DNA from: Diplonema japonicum
Lineage: Eukaryota > Protista > Euglenozoa: Diplonemea
Assembly: GCA_964019335.1 (NCBI GenBank)
Contig: OZ025680.1
Span: 310,001 to 374,000 of the forward strand
Direction of reading: 5' to 3'
Length of the DNA: 64,000 nucleotides
The notes beneath the pieces are model-generated. The model searched no databases. It saw only the letters and a list, made by a program, of their open reading frames with translations, and was not told where the DNA came from. Both the position numbers and the translations under genes were made by a program. The first letter of the stretch is position 1. The number at the start of each line of letters is the position of its first letter. This document shows positions 49,655 to 60,990 of this stretch, one piece after another.

Positions 49655-50836
49655 TCATTTTTTCCGTTCGTGTGAGGCCACGAGGAGCGACTCGGGTTGG
49701 AAGTACAGTTTCAACCCCTGCAGCTCGCTTTTTCTACCGAAGATGGTGTCCATCAGCCCCGCAAACTCGTCTAATGAAAGCTTCCCATCGCCGTCCATGT
49801 CGTGGCTTGCGAAGATTTCAGCAAGCTCCACATCTGTGATGGAGATGGTGGGTATCTCCTTACGGAGGACATCGTAGGTGAGAGAGACCCTACGATGCTG
49901 TGTGTAAAGGTCGTAGATGTCAGTAAGTTCTGCAGCCTCCGACAGGGGGAGGGTGTCGCGCCAGTAACCGGTAAAGCCCTTGTGGTCACCGTGAGGGGTG
50001 CCCCATTTTTTAATCGCAGATTTTAAAACAGATATGTTGGTAGTGGGGAAAAACACTCGGAGGAGTTCGAGGAAGTCGATGGTTCCACTGCCATCGCGAT
50101 CCATTCTCTTGAAGTCCCTGTAGTCGATGAGCATCCCACCAAGGGTCGTTCCCACACCACATAGTTCACCCCAATCTAAGGTACCGGAGTCATCTGTGTC
50201 TAGATCCTCGAAGGCTGTCAGAATGTTTTGGTATTCAACCTGTGTGAAGGGCAGTTTTTGTGATTCAAAATATGTCACAACGGATTGCCGCTTGTTGCCC
50301 AGCCCGGTGGGTGGGTTGGGTGAGTCATTGATCGCTGTTTTGTTGTGGCCAGTCGCTTGCATATCGGGTTGAACACGGGACGGGTCGGTTGCACGCGGCT
50401 TCAAGCGTTCTTTTGTTTTTTTCGTGGCGTATTTTTCCACGGTTTCCTTATTGCTTTCTTCTCCTCTTGGGGAGGTTTGTATCAAGGCCATCGGCGGCAG
50501 CAACGGGCATTTCTTTTTCTTCCCGTTTCTCTTTTTCTTCTTTGTTTGCAACATGCGGTGGTGTTGTTGTTGTTGTTGTTGTTGATGATGATGAAGATTC
50601 TTCGATAGGTCGAGAGTGCCCCTGTTTAAAATTTCCAACTTGTCCTTCAGAGTCTGCTGTCCGAGCAGCGTCTCTAACCGGCCCCACTTTTTCCCGTCAT
50701 TCCCAGCCGACGTAAAACCGCAAAATTTCCCCACTGATTGTATATTCCGCAAGCCCTTCAGGTTCAGTTTTTCATAATGTAAAGTTACCACCATTTTCTT
50801 TGGAGGGGGGGGGGGGGATCTGTATTCAGATGACAT
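49655..50836 (-). CDS. EF-hand calcium-binding protein, up to 393 aa (start uncertain)
   Basis: EF loops DTDDSGTLDWGE, DRDGSGTIDFLE, DMDGDGKLSLDE. Confidence 0.8.
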   Translation of the reverse strand: MSSEYRSPPPPPKKMVVTLHYEKLNLKGLRNIQSVGKFCGFTSAGNDGKKWGRLETLLGQQTLKDKLEILNRGTLDLSKNLHHHQQQQQQQHHRMLQTKKKKRNGKKKKCPLLPPMALIQTSPRGEESNKETVEKYATKKTKERLKPRATDPSRVQPDMQATGHNKTAINDSPNPPTGLGNKRQSVVTYFESQKLPFTQVEYQNILTAFEDLDTDDSGTLDWGELCGVGTTLGGMLIDYRDFKRMDRDGSGTIDFLELLRVFFPTTNISVLKSAIKKWGTPHGDHKGFTGYWRDTLPLSEAAELTDIYDLYTQHRRVSLTYDVLRKEIPTISITDVELAEIFASHDMDGDGKLSLDEFAGLMDTIFGRKSELQGLKLYFQPESLLVASHERKK

Positions 50837-52484
50837 GAGTTATGGGGGGGGGGGTTGTGATTACTTATCCCCCCCCACCTCTAAACCTCTTTAAATTGTT
50901 GTAGTTTTCTTTTAGAGATGTGGTGGTGGTGGTAACGTCTTTAGAAAAAAAAGAGGAGAAAAAAAGGGAGAACGGAAGGAGGAGAAAAAAAAGGAAGGAG
51001 AAAAAGAATGCCCATGTAATTTTCGTGCTATCTTCTTGTGTGTGAAAAAAGACTTCATTTAGAAAAATTGTTCTTTCGAATCTTTCTTCGGGGGGGGGGG
51101 GGGTCACATGCCCCTTAAAAACGTAGTAAAAGTGGGGAAAAAAGGTTTTTCTAACGTAAAAAAAAAAAATTGAAAAAACCCATTTTACCATGCGACCCCC
51201 CCCCCCCCCCCCCCCCCCTAGGCATAGTGGTGAAGCGAGTGGCATTCTCGCATTTTCGCACAAAAAGAATCTGAGCCGAAATTTTCGCAAAACGACTCGC
51301 ATTCTCGCACACTCTCGTGTCATTCTCGCACGTGCTAGTGTGCACTTCGGGGGGGGGGGGGGGGGGGGGCATGTCATATTCTGTGAGTCGTAAGCACCAC
51401 TAAAGAAAGAAAGTAGAGGGAATGAGGAGGGGGAGTAGGTATTAAAAAGAAACTGATTTCTTTTTCTTTTTATTTGCAATATTTTGCACCACATTCCCTT
51501 TTTTCTTCAAGGAAAAAAAAAGGGTGGGTTGTAGACCCATCTCTGTCCTGGTCATAACTCGACACCTACGGATGACTTCCGACAGTATAATGGACCTTGA
51601 GAGGCATGGAAAAAGAAAATGCCTCTTTTTTGAAGCAACAAGTATCTTTGTTTCCCCCCCCTTTAATCTATTCATTAAGGGGAAGATTGAATAGACACGC
51701 GTTCCCTTTCTTCCTTCTCGTAAAAAAAAGCGGATATGCCTATAGCATCAGCCTGAGCTGACGCCGGGGGGAGAATATAAAAAAAAAGCGATGTGGTTGG
51801 AAAAAAGGGGCAAAAAGAAAAAAAGAAATGAAGAGATCAACAAAAAAGAGGAGTGGGACGTGTAGGGGAGTGGTGGTGGTGGAGTTGCATCATCATGCCT
51901 GTTTCTTCACTACACCAAAAAGAGAGAGGGGGAAAAAAAAGGGGGGGGGGAGAAACACCTTATAATACACCCCCCCAAAGCATCCCGTTTGAATAGAAAC
52001 TTCAATACCCCCCTTCTTGTTTCTTCTTTCAGCTGGAAACCTTTTCTTTTTTTTTTTAAATCGCCCTAATCCCTTGGTAAGAAGCAAGCCAGTAGGTTCA
52101 GGTATCTTCTCAAGTTAGAGAAAGGCTGCAAGAACAGTGAAAAAATGAGGGAAAAAAGAAATGGGGCTTTGGTTGCAACACTATTTAGCGTTGAGCGTGC
52201 AGCGAGGTGGGGAAAAAAAAAAAGAAAAAAAGAACACCTATTTTTAATTTTTAATTTTTTTAAAGCAAGAGAGGAGGGGAAAAAGAAAAAAAAGAAAAAA
52301 AATAAAATAAAAAAATAGGGTGAAAAGAGAATAATAGAAAAGATTGATCTCGAGAGGGGTTACATTAAAGTAAAGCATCGAGAAACAAGTTGTAAACCAA
52401 ATCGGGGTGAGGATCTTTCCTCGGGAGAAGAGGAAGACATGCCACTGATACCCAGTGTTAGCTGTGAAATAGTCAGAGAAATTT

Positions 52485-53027
52485 GACTATTTACTAAATA
52501 AAAATCAGATTACCTTATTTTTTACGAGTCTTTTAAAAAAATATTCCGAGTAAAAAAACTGGCCGATTTTTTATTTAGTGTATTATTTCATTTAATTTTG
52601 CAAAGTTAAATGAGGAAATTTCGGACACCGAGAACCCCTTTGTGTTCACTTCTGTGTTTTAAACTTGATTGCCTGAGAAAACGATCGTCAGATTAACAGA
52701 ATTCCGTAGGTTTTTGTGTAATTTGTGCAGGAACTTGATTCATCGCTCTTCAGAAACTGTATGCGTGACCAGTGTAACTTTCGGCATTTGCCAGCTTCAG
52801 GTGTGATGCTTGGTAGCTTGGAATCTGCTGAAGTGTGTTTGGGTATACTTCTTTTGCCTCAGATGCCTGACTGGGTTTTATAGGTTTTGGGTAATGTCAT
52901 GTTTGCGATGACCAAAAATTGCTCAGGGGTAAACATCAGATTTTACTTTGCATTTAAATGGCAAAGTGATTTCTGATATTTTTATGATCCTTTAAAAATC
53001 TCCTCATGTAACTTTACGGAATTAAAT
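52485..53027 (-). mobile_element. Internally deleted inverted copy of element B (element D)
   Basis: Reverse-complement similarity to both ends and the interior of 27031-28027. It lacks the hairpin tip and roughly 27195-27430. Confidence 0.85.
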
Positions 53028-53691
53028 CAAAAAAAAAAAAGAAAAAAAAAAACAAGAATGAACAAAAAATCATTTCGTTTTACATATATATTTTTCTTTT
53101 GGATAAATTCGCCAATTTTACAATTTTCGATTACGCTTCATCAGAGGTCAATTTTTTTTTTTTTTTTTTTTTTGAAAATCTTTTTTGGAACTTCCTCACC
53201 GTTCTTTCATGTTCGACAATATGAATCTTTTAGGAACCTTTGGACATTTTTGCCATTTTTCCAGGCTTAAAAAAAAAAAAAAAAAAAGTCGCCCTTAAAA
53301 TCCCTTTTGGCTGGATATGAAGCGTTAATCAAATGAAACACAACAATACAACAGAAAAAAAGAAAAGAAAAAACTTTGGGTTTTTTGTTTCATATCAGCA
53401 GTTAAAAAAGGAGGAGCAAAATATCTTAGCATATCACCCCAATTGAGTTCCTTGCGGGGGAATAAAATGCAAATCTTTTCAAGAGGGATTGGGCCGTTGC
53501 TTGTACGTTCCGGGTGGAAACCTGGAGAATTTTGTAAACCCGAAACACGTTGGGGCAACGTTCCCCTTTTGTTAGACAGGTCAAAGACTCGTTTCTTGCA
53601 AAACAAAATAGAAAAAAAGGGTATATGGGAACATCCAAGGAAATTAAAGGGGGGGGGGGTGCATTTCCTTTTTCTTTTAAATAATTATTTA

Positions 53692-54647
53692 CCCATAGCA
53701 CTCCAAGGCGCAAATGAAACTCTTCTGGGGCTCTAGAAGTGACAATAGTAACTGCAATGCACTTTAAATAAAATATGGTCCGGAGATGCCAAAGAGATAC
53801 AAACCCCTGGCTGCTTGTAAGGGGCGCTTGCTAGAGACCTAGCGTTGCTGGAAATACTAGCTCCAGCAACTCAAAGGGGGCACCTCCAGGGTCTGCAGGA
53901 CGATTTCCCCATTTTGACATGGTCGTTTTTTGAGCACCCTACGGCCATTCATTTTTTTTTTTTTTTATTTCACTCTTCGTCATTTTCTTCACTCACTAGG
54001 GGCCTCATTATTTAACGCGAAATGGCCATTATTTAACGCGAAACGGCCATTATTTAACGCGAAATCGCCATTATTTAACTAGTTAAATAATGAGATTTTG
54101 CAGTTAAATAATGGCCCTTCAGAGTGAAAAAATGGGTCTTGTCGTGGAAAAAAATGCACCCAACCCCTTGAAAAATTTTTTTGGGGTGGGGGTATTTTGA
54201 CTATTTTTGGCCATCTGAGGCCATTCCAGCCCTTAAAAGTGGGAATAAGTGCCTTACTTCCCCTTTAAATGCCACGGCGAAATAGCTACCCTGTATTACC
54301 TTAGGAAAATCCCCAAAAAGCTGACCTGCGTGAAAAAAAACAGCAGTGAAAGCAGTGAAGAGTGAGTGACTCAAATGACGAAGAGTGAAATAAAACGACT
54401 TACTTGCCGCCAAATGAGCCATTATTTAACACTCGTTACCCGTTTTTTTGCACTCGGGCCCTGCGGGCCCTCGTGCAAAAAATTCGGGAACTCGAGTTAA
54501 ATAATGACTCATTATTTGTTGGCAATAAATAGTTATTTTTTTTTTTTAAGCCCCAGATCCGAAAACCCCCGTTTTTACCTGCAGGAGCAAAAAAAAAAAA
54601 AAAAAAAGGAGGAACTCCCTCGTTGATACGCCCTGGAGTGTTATGGG
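53692..54647. mobile_element. piggyBac-like non-autonomous element hosting element C
   Basis: TIR CCCATAGCACTCCAAGGCG vs the reverse complement of 54629-54647 (17/19); flanked by TTTA and TTAA. Confidence 0.65.
53963..54537 (+). mobile_element. Non-autonomous inverted-repeat-plus-hairpin element (element C)
   Basis: Inverted repeats 53963-53997 / 54361-54395; 21-bp tandem repeats GCCATTATTTAACGCGAAAnn at ~54005-54080; hairpin ~54401-54528; ends TAAATAGTTATT. Confidence 0.75.
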
Positions 54648-55661
54648 TTAACAAAAAAAGGCAATTGGAAAACACAGGCATTACACCTGTTTCCCGCACA
54701 AAATTACATTATTTTCCTCCAGAAAAAAAACGAAGAAGGAGGGTTTTCATTGCACTCAACTTTTGCTTGCTGCCAAAGCAACGGTGCTTCCACAAGGGGG
54801 AGAGGGAAGTAACTATTTACTAATAAAGATAAGCGAGACCGTCATCATAGGAAAAAAAGAAAAAGAGGGGAGATCTTAAACCCCCTGGCTGGGGGGTTCA
54901 TTTTTTTCCCCCCATTCCAATTTATGAATCTGGCCAGAATCTTAAGGGGGAGGGAGGGGGATGTAAGAGATAAAGGAGGCCAGTGTTGGGCGATGTCTTC
55001 TGTTCGTCACTCCGAGCATCTGCATGTTGTCCCCCCACCTTAAAAAAATACAAAGAGCGATATGTTAATTGTTATGTTTTTACCTCCAAAAAAAAATAAC
55101 ATAATTGATAACGTTAAAACGCTCTATAAACGGAAGAGAAGAAGAAAAAAACTAGTTTCGATTTCTTTCTCGGGTCTTTCTTTTTTTTTTTTCTTTGCTC
55201 TCGTTAGTTTCAATGATACCGTATTTTAAATTATCAAAGATAAGATACCTTTCTGAGCTAGCATTTTTTACCCCTCCTTTTTTTTTTAAAAGGCTGTAAT
55301 TCACTTATTGCCCCGGGGCTTGAGAGGCTGAGCAGGATTGCAAAAAAAAAAAAAAAAAAAAAAAAAAAAGAAAACTATACATTTTAAATTCGTGCCAACC
55401 TTAACTTTATCGCATTTAAGACGGTTTGGCATTTTCATGTTTTGGGGAGGCTGCGCTTTTACACCCTGGACAGAATATGCTCCCCGGCCTGACCAATCCC
55501 GGACGCCGAAAAAACTCGGACAATTGTCAAGTCCGGTGGCATTTTTTTTTTTTTTGTTTCCCGCAGTAGTTAATACGGCACACAAAAAAAAAGGGGGGGT
55601 AACCAAGAAAAAAAGTATTTCGCAAAATAGATAAAAAGAAGAAAAGAAAAGGGAAGAAATA

Positions 55662-55912
55662 CTGTAAAACGAAAAAAAAAATCTAGAAGAGAAAAATATC
55701 CGAGAGCTCCCATCGTGTTCCACGGGGTTTGAAGCGCCCATTGGTCGGCACCCCCGTTACGAGCCAAGGTGCCCCCAGAAAGATTGGGAAATACGCCAGG
55801 GCCGAAAATGCCTGAGAAAAATATCCGGATTTTTTTCGCTTCCGGGCGTTTGTCACTCCCGTATTTTTCTCTTCTGGCATTTTTTTCTCTCCAGATTTTT
55901 TTCGCTTTACAG
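55662..55912. mobile_element. Tc1/mariner-like MITE (~250 bp)
   Basis: Imperfect ~40-bp TIRs CTGTAAAACGAAAAAAAAAATCTAGAAGAG.. / ..CTCTCCAGATTTTTTTCGCTTTACAG, flanked by TA on both sides. Confidence 0.65.
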
Positions 55913-55919
55913 TAATAGA

Positions 55920-55951
<32 letters not shown>

Positions 55952-56398
55952 CTTTGAAAAAGCTGTTTCAGCGAACCGAATCTCAAGGCTGTGATCTGAA
56001 GAAACTAGCTTTGGTGGGGCTTCTTGTGCGCACGAGCGGGCTTTTACCCCCCCCCCCCCCCAATATAGAATAGCTCATTGCGCCTCCATGCCTAGTTTTT
56101 AGTCCCGACAAATAATATTGTTAAAACGAATATGTAGAGGCTGCAGGGACTAAAATAAATATTTAAAAAAAAAGAAAACAAGAAGAGGAGGAAGAAGAAA
56201 AAAAAAGGAGAGAGAACTGGCGTTGACCCGACTTGATAATTTATCCCCTCCCCGCAAAAGGCGGTCTATGAGTACGAAGTTGTAAGCAGAATTTTCTCTT
56301 TTTTTTTCCCCCTCCTCCTTCTTCTTTGTTTCTTTTCCCATGGTTTTTTTTTTTTTTTGTTCGCCGTTGCAGTTGGTTATATAAAAAAAAGGGGAGGA

Positions 56399-56440
<42 letters not shown>

Positions 56441-56512
56441 AGGTTAACAATGGCATGTTATTGATTTTTTTTTTTTAAGAATGTAAGAGGAGAGGAGGGA
56501 ATAGATAACTTT

Positions 56513-57595
56513 TCATTCATCGCTTTCATCTGTTTTTATAAGAGAACACAGCTCAGCTTTCGTTAAAGGCGACAAAAAGCTTTCTTCATCACTGCTGCAA
56601 CGCACTGGGTACTGGTGAAAGGATTGCCTGAAGAGATTTATCGCAGTCACATCTAGTAAATGCGTTTCTGTTGACACAAGATTTCTACAAATATGCAAAT
56701 TGTTGCAGTCGACACCCCATTTGCAAGCCTTTCTCTGATGAGGCTTACAAATGCTTGTCTGGACGATTTCCAAAACAGTGCAATTCGTTTTCAAAGCCTC
56801 ATCATTCGCCTCCTTCAAACCCCGAGTAACCGCAAGCTTCACAGAAGGGTATGTTACATCCGATCCCTGCATTCTAAAAAGAGGCAGAATAGCAGCATCA
56901 CCAAGCTTTGTTTTAACAGACTTCCCATCACGGTCAAGACACTCTCTTTGCCGACAGCAAGCGGTTCTCCACAAAGACCGAAGGAATCTGAAATACGAGG
57001 TGTCAATGTGGATATGTTGACATGCTGTACCTTTGTCACATTTCAAGACACAGTTGATGTCGTATTCAGGGCATAAGCACCCTTTAGACGTGTTGATAAC
57101 AGCTTGTGTAGGGGTGATTTTTGACATAGGGACAGCGAAGCATTCACCATCCGCTTTTGAGAAAACGGTTACAGATGTTTCCTGCTGAAAAGAATCAGCG
57201 GCAATGGGGTGCTGTTTGCGTAGTAGTTGCACAGTTTCACGGTCAGCATGAATACTATTGCATTTCCCCTGTGCGCGGCATTGCCTCGCTTGGTATTTTT
57301 TGCATAGAAAAACACGTTTATTTCCTGCAACTCTTAACAGATAGCTGTCCAGGCCAATTGTCCAATGTACTTGGCTGGTGGTGCCTCCGTACCTCAGCGT
57401 GTACGCTTCCTTGTTCAAAGGGTCGAAAACTTTCACGGTTTTGCACAGTTCCAGCTTCTCCTTCTTTGCAAAGACGGCGCTCTCGCTTATAATATCCCCT
57501 GCCGCGTCGACAAGGGACATTCCCTTGTTCACCTTTTTCAACACCTTTGCCGCTGTGTCGCCCTCCTTCACCATTATGGACAGTTGCCCTGGCAT
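56513..57595 (-). CDS. CCCH zinc-finger protein (three C3H motifs), 360 aa
   Basis: CKKYQARQCRAQGKCNSIH, CPEYDINCVLKCDKGTACQHIH, CKPHQRKACKWGVDCNNLH. Confidence 0.85.
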   Translation of the reverse strand: MPGQLSIMVKEGDTAAKVLKKVNKGMSLVDAAGDIISESAVFAKKEKLELCKTVKVFDPLNKEAYTLRYGGTTSQVHWTIGLDSYLLRVAGNKRVFLCKKYQARQCRAQGKCNSIHADRETVQLLRKQHPIAADSFQQETSVTVFSKADGECFAVPMSKITPTQAVINTSKGCLCPEYDINCVLKCDKGTACQHIHIDTSYFRFLRSLWRTACCRQRECLDRDGKSVKTKLGDAAILPLFRMQGSDVTYPSVKLAVTRGLKEANDEALKTNCTVLEIVQTSICKPHQRKACKWGVDCNNLHICRNLVSTETHLLDVTAINLFRQSFHQYPVRCSSDEESFLSPLTKAELCSLIKTDESDE

Positions 57596-58257
57596 TGATC
57601 AAGCATTTTTTTTCTCTTTTTTTTTTATGGTATTTCTTTTTAGTGGGGATACGCCCAGGGGAAAAAAAAGGGGGGGGGAAGGGGTGTTTTTTTTTTTGTG
57701 GGAGTTAAATACTTTCAGTGGCAAGATGGGAATGGGGTGGGGAGGGGGGTGTTTGGTGAGACTGACTTTTTTTCTTCTATTTCATACCTTGCGACCTAAA
57801 AATTTCTTTAGCGGGCTACTTCTTTTTAAGAAATTTAGATGTTAGTTTATAGATTGGCTAAAAGAAAAAGAGGAAAAAAAAATGTGGGTGGTCACAGCTA
57901 CAATCCTAACGAAATCTAAAACGATCCTAAACTCCCTCAAAAAAAAATTATTAGGTTGCAAGGTATGCTATTTACAAAAAAAAAAAGAATAAAAAAAAAA
58001 CCCCCCTTAGTTTTTTTTTTCTCTTAAATTTGGTTTCCATGCACAACTAGACAGTTCATGGTATTTTCTTCTTTTTTTCTTTCCTTCTCATTCCCCTTTG
58101 TTTCTTCTTTTTTTTTTCTTTCTTCTTTTTTTCTTTTATTTCCTTCTCCCCAAAGCCGTTTCTATTCTAAAGACAGTGTCGAGAATCTATCCTTTCGGCA
58201 CCCGAGCATGTAGCCCGATCTAATGCAGAGGAGGGGACGGAAAGAATCGGACCCCAG

Positions 58258-60459
58258 TTAAAAAGGCCTTTCTGTGTGCAGCTGCCGCCGGCCGTGTGCA
58301 GTGGTCCCGCGCACACCGCAACCTGTTGTTGCATCGAAAAAATGCACTTTCTGATGCATACCGGTGATGCTCCCTTTTGAGCCTTGTCTCTGTTCTTGGG
58401 GCACCTGCCGTTGTTGGCTTTGGCCTTGCGTGGACCTGGTGTTCGGGTCCATGTGTCTACGTGCAGAGACTGGTGGTGTGTCTTCACCGCCTCCGAATAA
58501 GTTGAGCGTAGACCGCCCTCCCCCGAAGCCTGCTAAGGTGTTGAGCCTCTTGTGGTGCATACCTTGGCTTGACACAAAGCGCCGCCCTGTGGAAGGCGAC
58601 GTGCCTGCAGGCCCCACTGAGCTCGTCGATGGAGGTGGTTGTTGTAGTTGCTGCTGCGCTGGTGGTGACTGCGGCACCGTCCTCTCTGGAGACACGTATT
58701 CCTCAAGCAAAGCGGCTGCAGGCGGCACTATGTCCCTCTCCCTGCTCTCCCTCCTTCGCGACAACTTCAAGGGACTCTTCACAGGCGACGCTTGCTCCAC
58801 GCGCAGTCCTTCATCTTCATCTGCGTCTTCATGTCTAGCCTGCCTGCAAGGGTCTGTCGTGGGGTTGATGCGGCGTTGCTGTGCACGTTCAACAGAACGG
58901 TGCTTCACTTGCGCTGCAGGAGATGCTATGGTTGGCGAGGCTGTGACAGGGGCATGGTTCCTGTCGCCCTGTGCATTGCTCTTCTTCATCCTGTTGATCT
59001 CGAAGGAGTTCCACATCACAAGCGTGAAGTTCTTGTCGGTGTCCACACTGGCCGACACATCTGCCCAGTAGGAGTAGAAGCTGTCCTTGCTGACCATCTC
59101 GTACCTCTCGAGGTCCAGGTAGTTCACGATCTCGCTGTAGGCATCTGAGGCAGTCACCCTGCCGCACTGCACGTCGGGCAGGAGCTCCGGTTTGAAGGCT
59201 GCAAGGAAGGTGTCGGAGTTCACCTCGTCACGGTCCTCGACGTCGATCTTCTTCCATGTCTGGCGGATGATCTCCTCCCTAGCAGGGGGGAGGTAGCCCC
59301 GTACAGACGCCATGAAAGGTTCGAGGTCCAAGGCCTCCCCATCGCTGCTGTGCGCATTGAACAGTATTTCGACTTCCAAGTCGGGAACTTGTGATGCGGT
59401 CAGCATGTCACGTACGACGCCCCCAAGGGCGTGCATTGTGAGGTCCCCGTCCTTGGCGGCGTCTTCGCATCGCATGCGGAACTGCACGATGCCGTTCACC
59501 TGCCGTGTGATGAGCTCTCTGTTCAGCTTTTGTAAAAGGTACTCCACCTCCTCCTCCGAAGCCGGGATGGGGTCTTCTTGCAGGATCGACAGCAAACCCT
59601 TCACACGGACCATGCCGTGCTCGGAGATGGCTTCGAAGAGGATGTCAATCTCGCCATCGCGCAAGCCGCACCCGAAGTTCTTCATGCCTTGCTTAAACCT
59701 GTCGAGGTCCATCTTCTGCCCCCCAGATCTTGTGAGCATTCTGGAGAGACCGATGCAGCCGGAGTGGGTTCGCTCGCGGTCCTCTGTCGCATCGCGGAGT
59801 TTGAGAAGAATGGTTTGAAGGATTTGCTCTGTGGAAGGACGCTCGAAACAATCCATGAGCCTGTACAAAGACACCCTACCGTTCTCCTGAAGGGATCTGA
59901 AAAGGAATGTCACATCGGAGGGGGAGAGGCCAAGGGCCTTTCTGGAGCGCTTCAAGCATCTATTGAAGGCCATGTTGGAGAGAAGCACGTCTGAGGAGGT
60001 GTCAATACCCGCAAAGATTTTCTCAACCCCTGCAGGCCCTCGTATCTTCGAGCGGACCTTTCTCAGGATGTCGTCCACTTGCTGTTGCGTGCAGGACAGT
60101 TTACCCCGAACTTCCGCAAGGAAGTCATCTATGTCTATTTCACCGCAACAGTCGTGGTCGTAGTAGGTGAACAGGACGTCAAGTTCTCTGTCCGATAGTT
60201 TCAGGCCTTGGTCCCTCAAGGCGGATTTGAACTCCCAGATGTCGGAGCGCTTCTCACGATCGATGTCTATGTTTCGGAATGCGGGCTGGAGTTGAGGTAT
60301 GCCATTCACCCCCCTTGTCATCAAGCCTTGTTTTAGCTTTCTGTGCAGCTTGGCTACGTACCACTGATCCTGTGCTGCCTCTTCAATATCGATGCCCCCC
60401 ACTGCAGACGTCATCCTGCTGCTAGCTACCGTCGATCCATCATTGTATCGGCCCGCCAT
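58258..60459 (-). CDS. Calcyphosin-like multi-EF-hand protein, 733 aa
   Basis: Repeated RGVNGI..F..D..EF pairs, YDHDCCGEIDIDDFLAEVRG, REEIIRQTWKKID, FYSYWADVSASVDTDKNF..MWNSF. Confidence 0.85.
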   Translation of the reverse strand: MAGRYNDGSTVASSRMTSAVGGIDIEEAAQDQWYVAKLHRKLKQGLMTRGVNGIPQLQPAFRNIDIDREKRSDIWEFKSALRDQGLKLSDRELDVLFTYYDHDCCGEIDIDDFLAEVRGKLSCTQQQVDDILRKVRSKIRGPAGVEKIFAGIDTSSDVLLSNMAFNRCLKRSRKALGLSPSDVTFLFRSLQENGRVSLYRLMDCFERPSTEQILQTILLKLRDATEDRERTHSGCIGLSRMLTRSGGQKMDLDRFKQGMKNFGCGLRDGEIDILFEAISEHGMVRVKGLLSILQEDPIPASEEEVEYLLQKLNRELITRQVNGIVQFRMRCEDAAKDGDLTMHALGGVVRDMLTASQVPDLEVEILFNAHSSDGEALDLEPFMASVRGYLPPAREEIIRQTWKKIDVEDRDEVNSDTFLAAFKPELLPDVQCGRVTASDAYSEIVNYLDLERYEMVSKDSFYSYWADVSASVDTDKNFTLVMWNSFEINRMKKSNAQGDRNHAPVTASPTIASPAAQVKHRSVERAQQRRINPTTDPCRQARHEDADEDEGLRVEQASPVKSPLKLSRRRESRERDIVPPAAALLEEYVSPERTVPQSPPAQQQLQQPPPSTSSVGPAGTSPSTGRRFVSSQGMHHKRLNTLAGFGGGRSTLNLFGGGEDTPPVSARRHMDPNTRSTQGQSQQRQVPQEQRQGSKGSITGMHQKVHFFDATTGCGVRGTTAHGRRQLHTERPF

Positions 60460-60990
60460 GCAGGTGCGGTGGTGTGTGTTTGTTTGTGTGTACCACGCGC
60501 CCCCCCCCCCCTCCCTCCACGCGTTGCCCGCCTTTTTTTTTTTTTTTTTCTTCTTCTTTTTTTAACCCTTGAAAGACGAAAGGAACAGGAAAAGGACGTC
60601 CCCAGAGTGGAGGCAACAAAGTGTTTGTCAAGTATTGGAGTTGGACGTGTTCCTTTACTGAAGGAGACACTTTACACTTTTGGCGTTTTTCTGCTTGCTT
60701 CGGCCGCTGGGGGCATCTAATGGCAAGGATTTCATCTCGACATTCGAAATCAGCTCCTGTCTCTTTAAATAGAACAAAAGAAAATAATAACGAAAGTTAA
60801 AAAAGAAAATATTTCCCTCCCTCTCTGTTAACCATGGGATAAAAAAAAAGAATTCGAGGAAGGAAAAATAAAAAACCATTTCCATAATCTAAAGAGCCCC
60901 CCCCCCCCCCCCCCTCTCTCCCTTGTGTTCGACACTTCACTACGTTTGTGTTGCTTTTTTTTTCTTCTTTTTTTTTCCCCCCTTCTTTTT

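Noticed and set aside
54000-54115. 21-bp periodic repeat resembling a CRISPR array or iterons
   Set aside because: There are no unique spacers and no cas genes; it is internal to element C.
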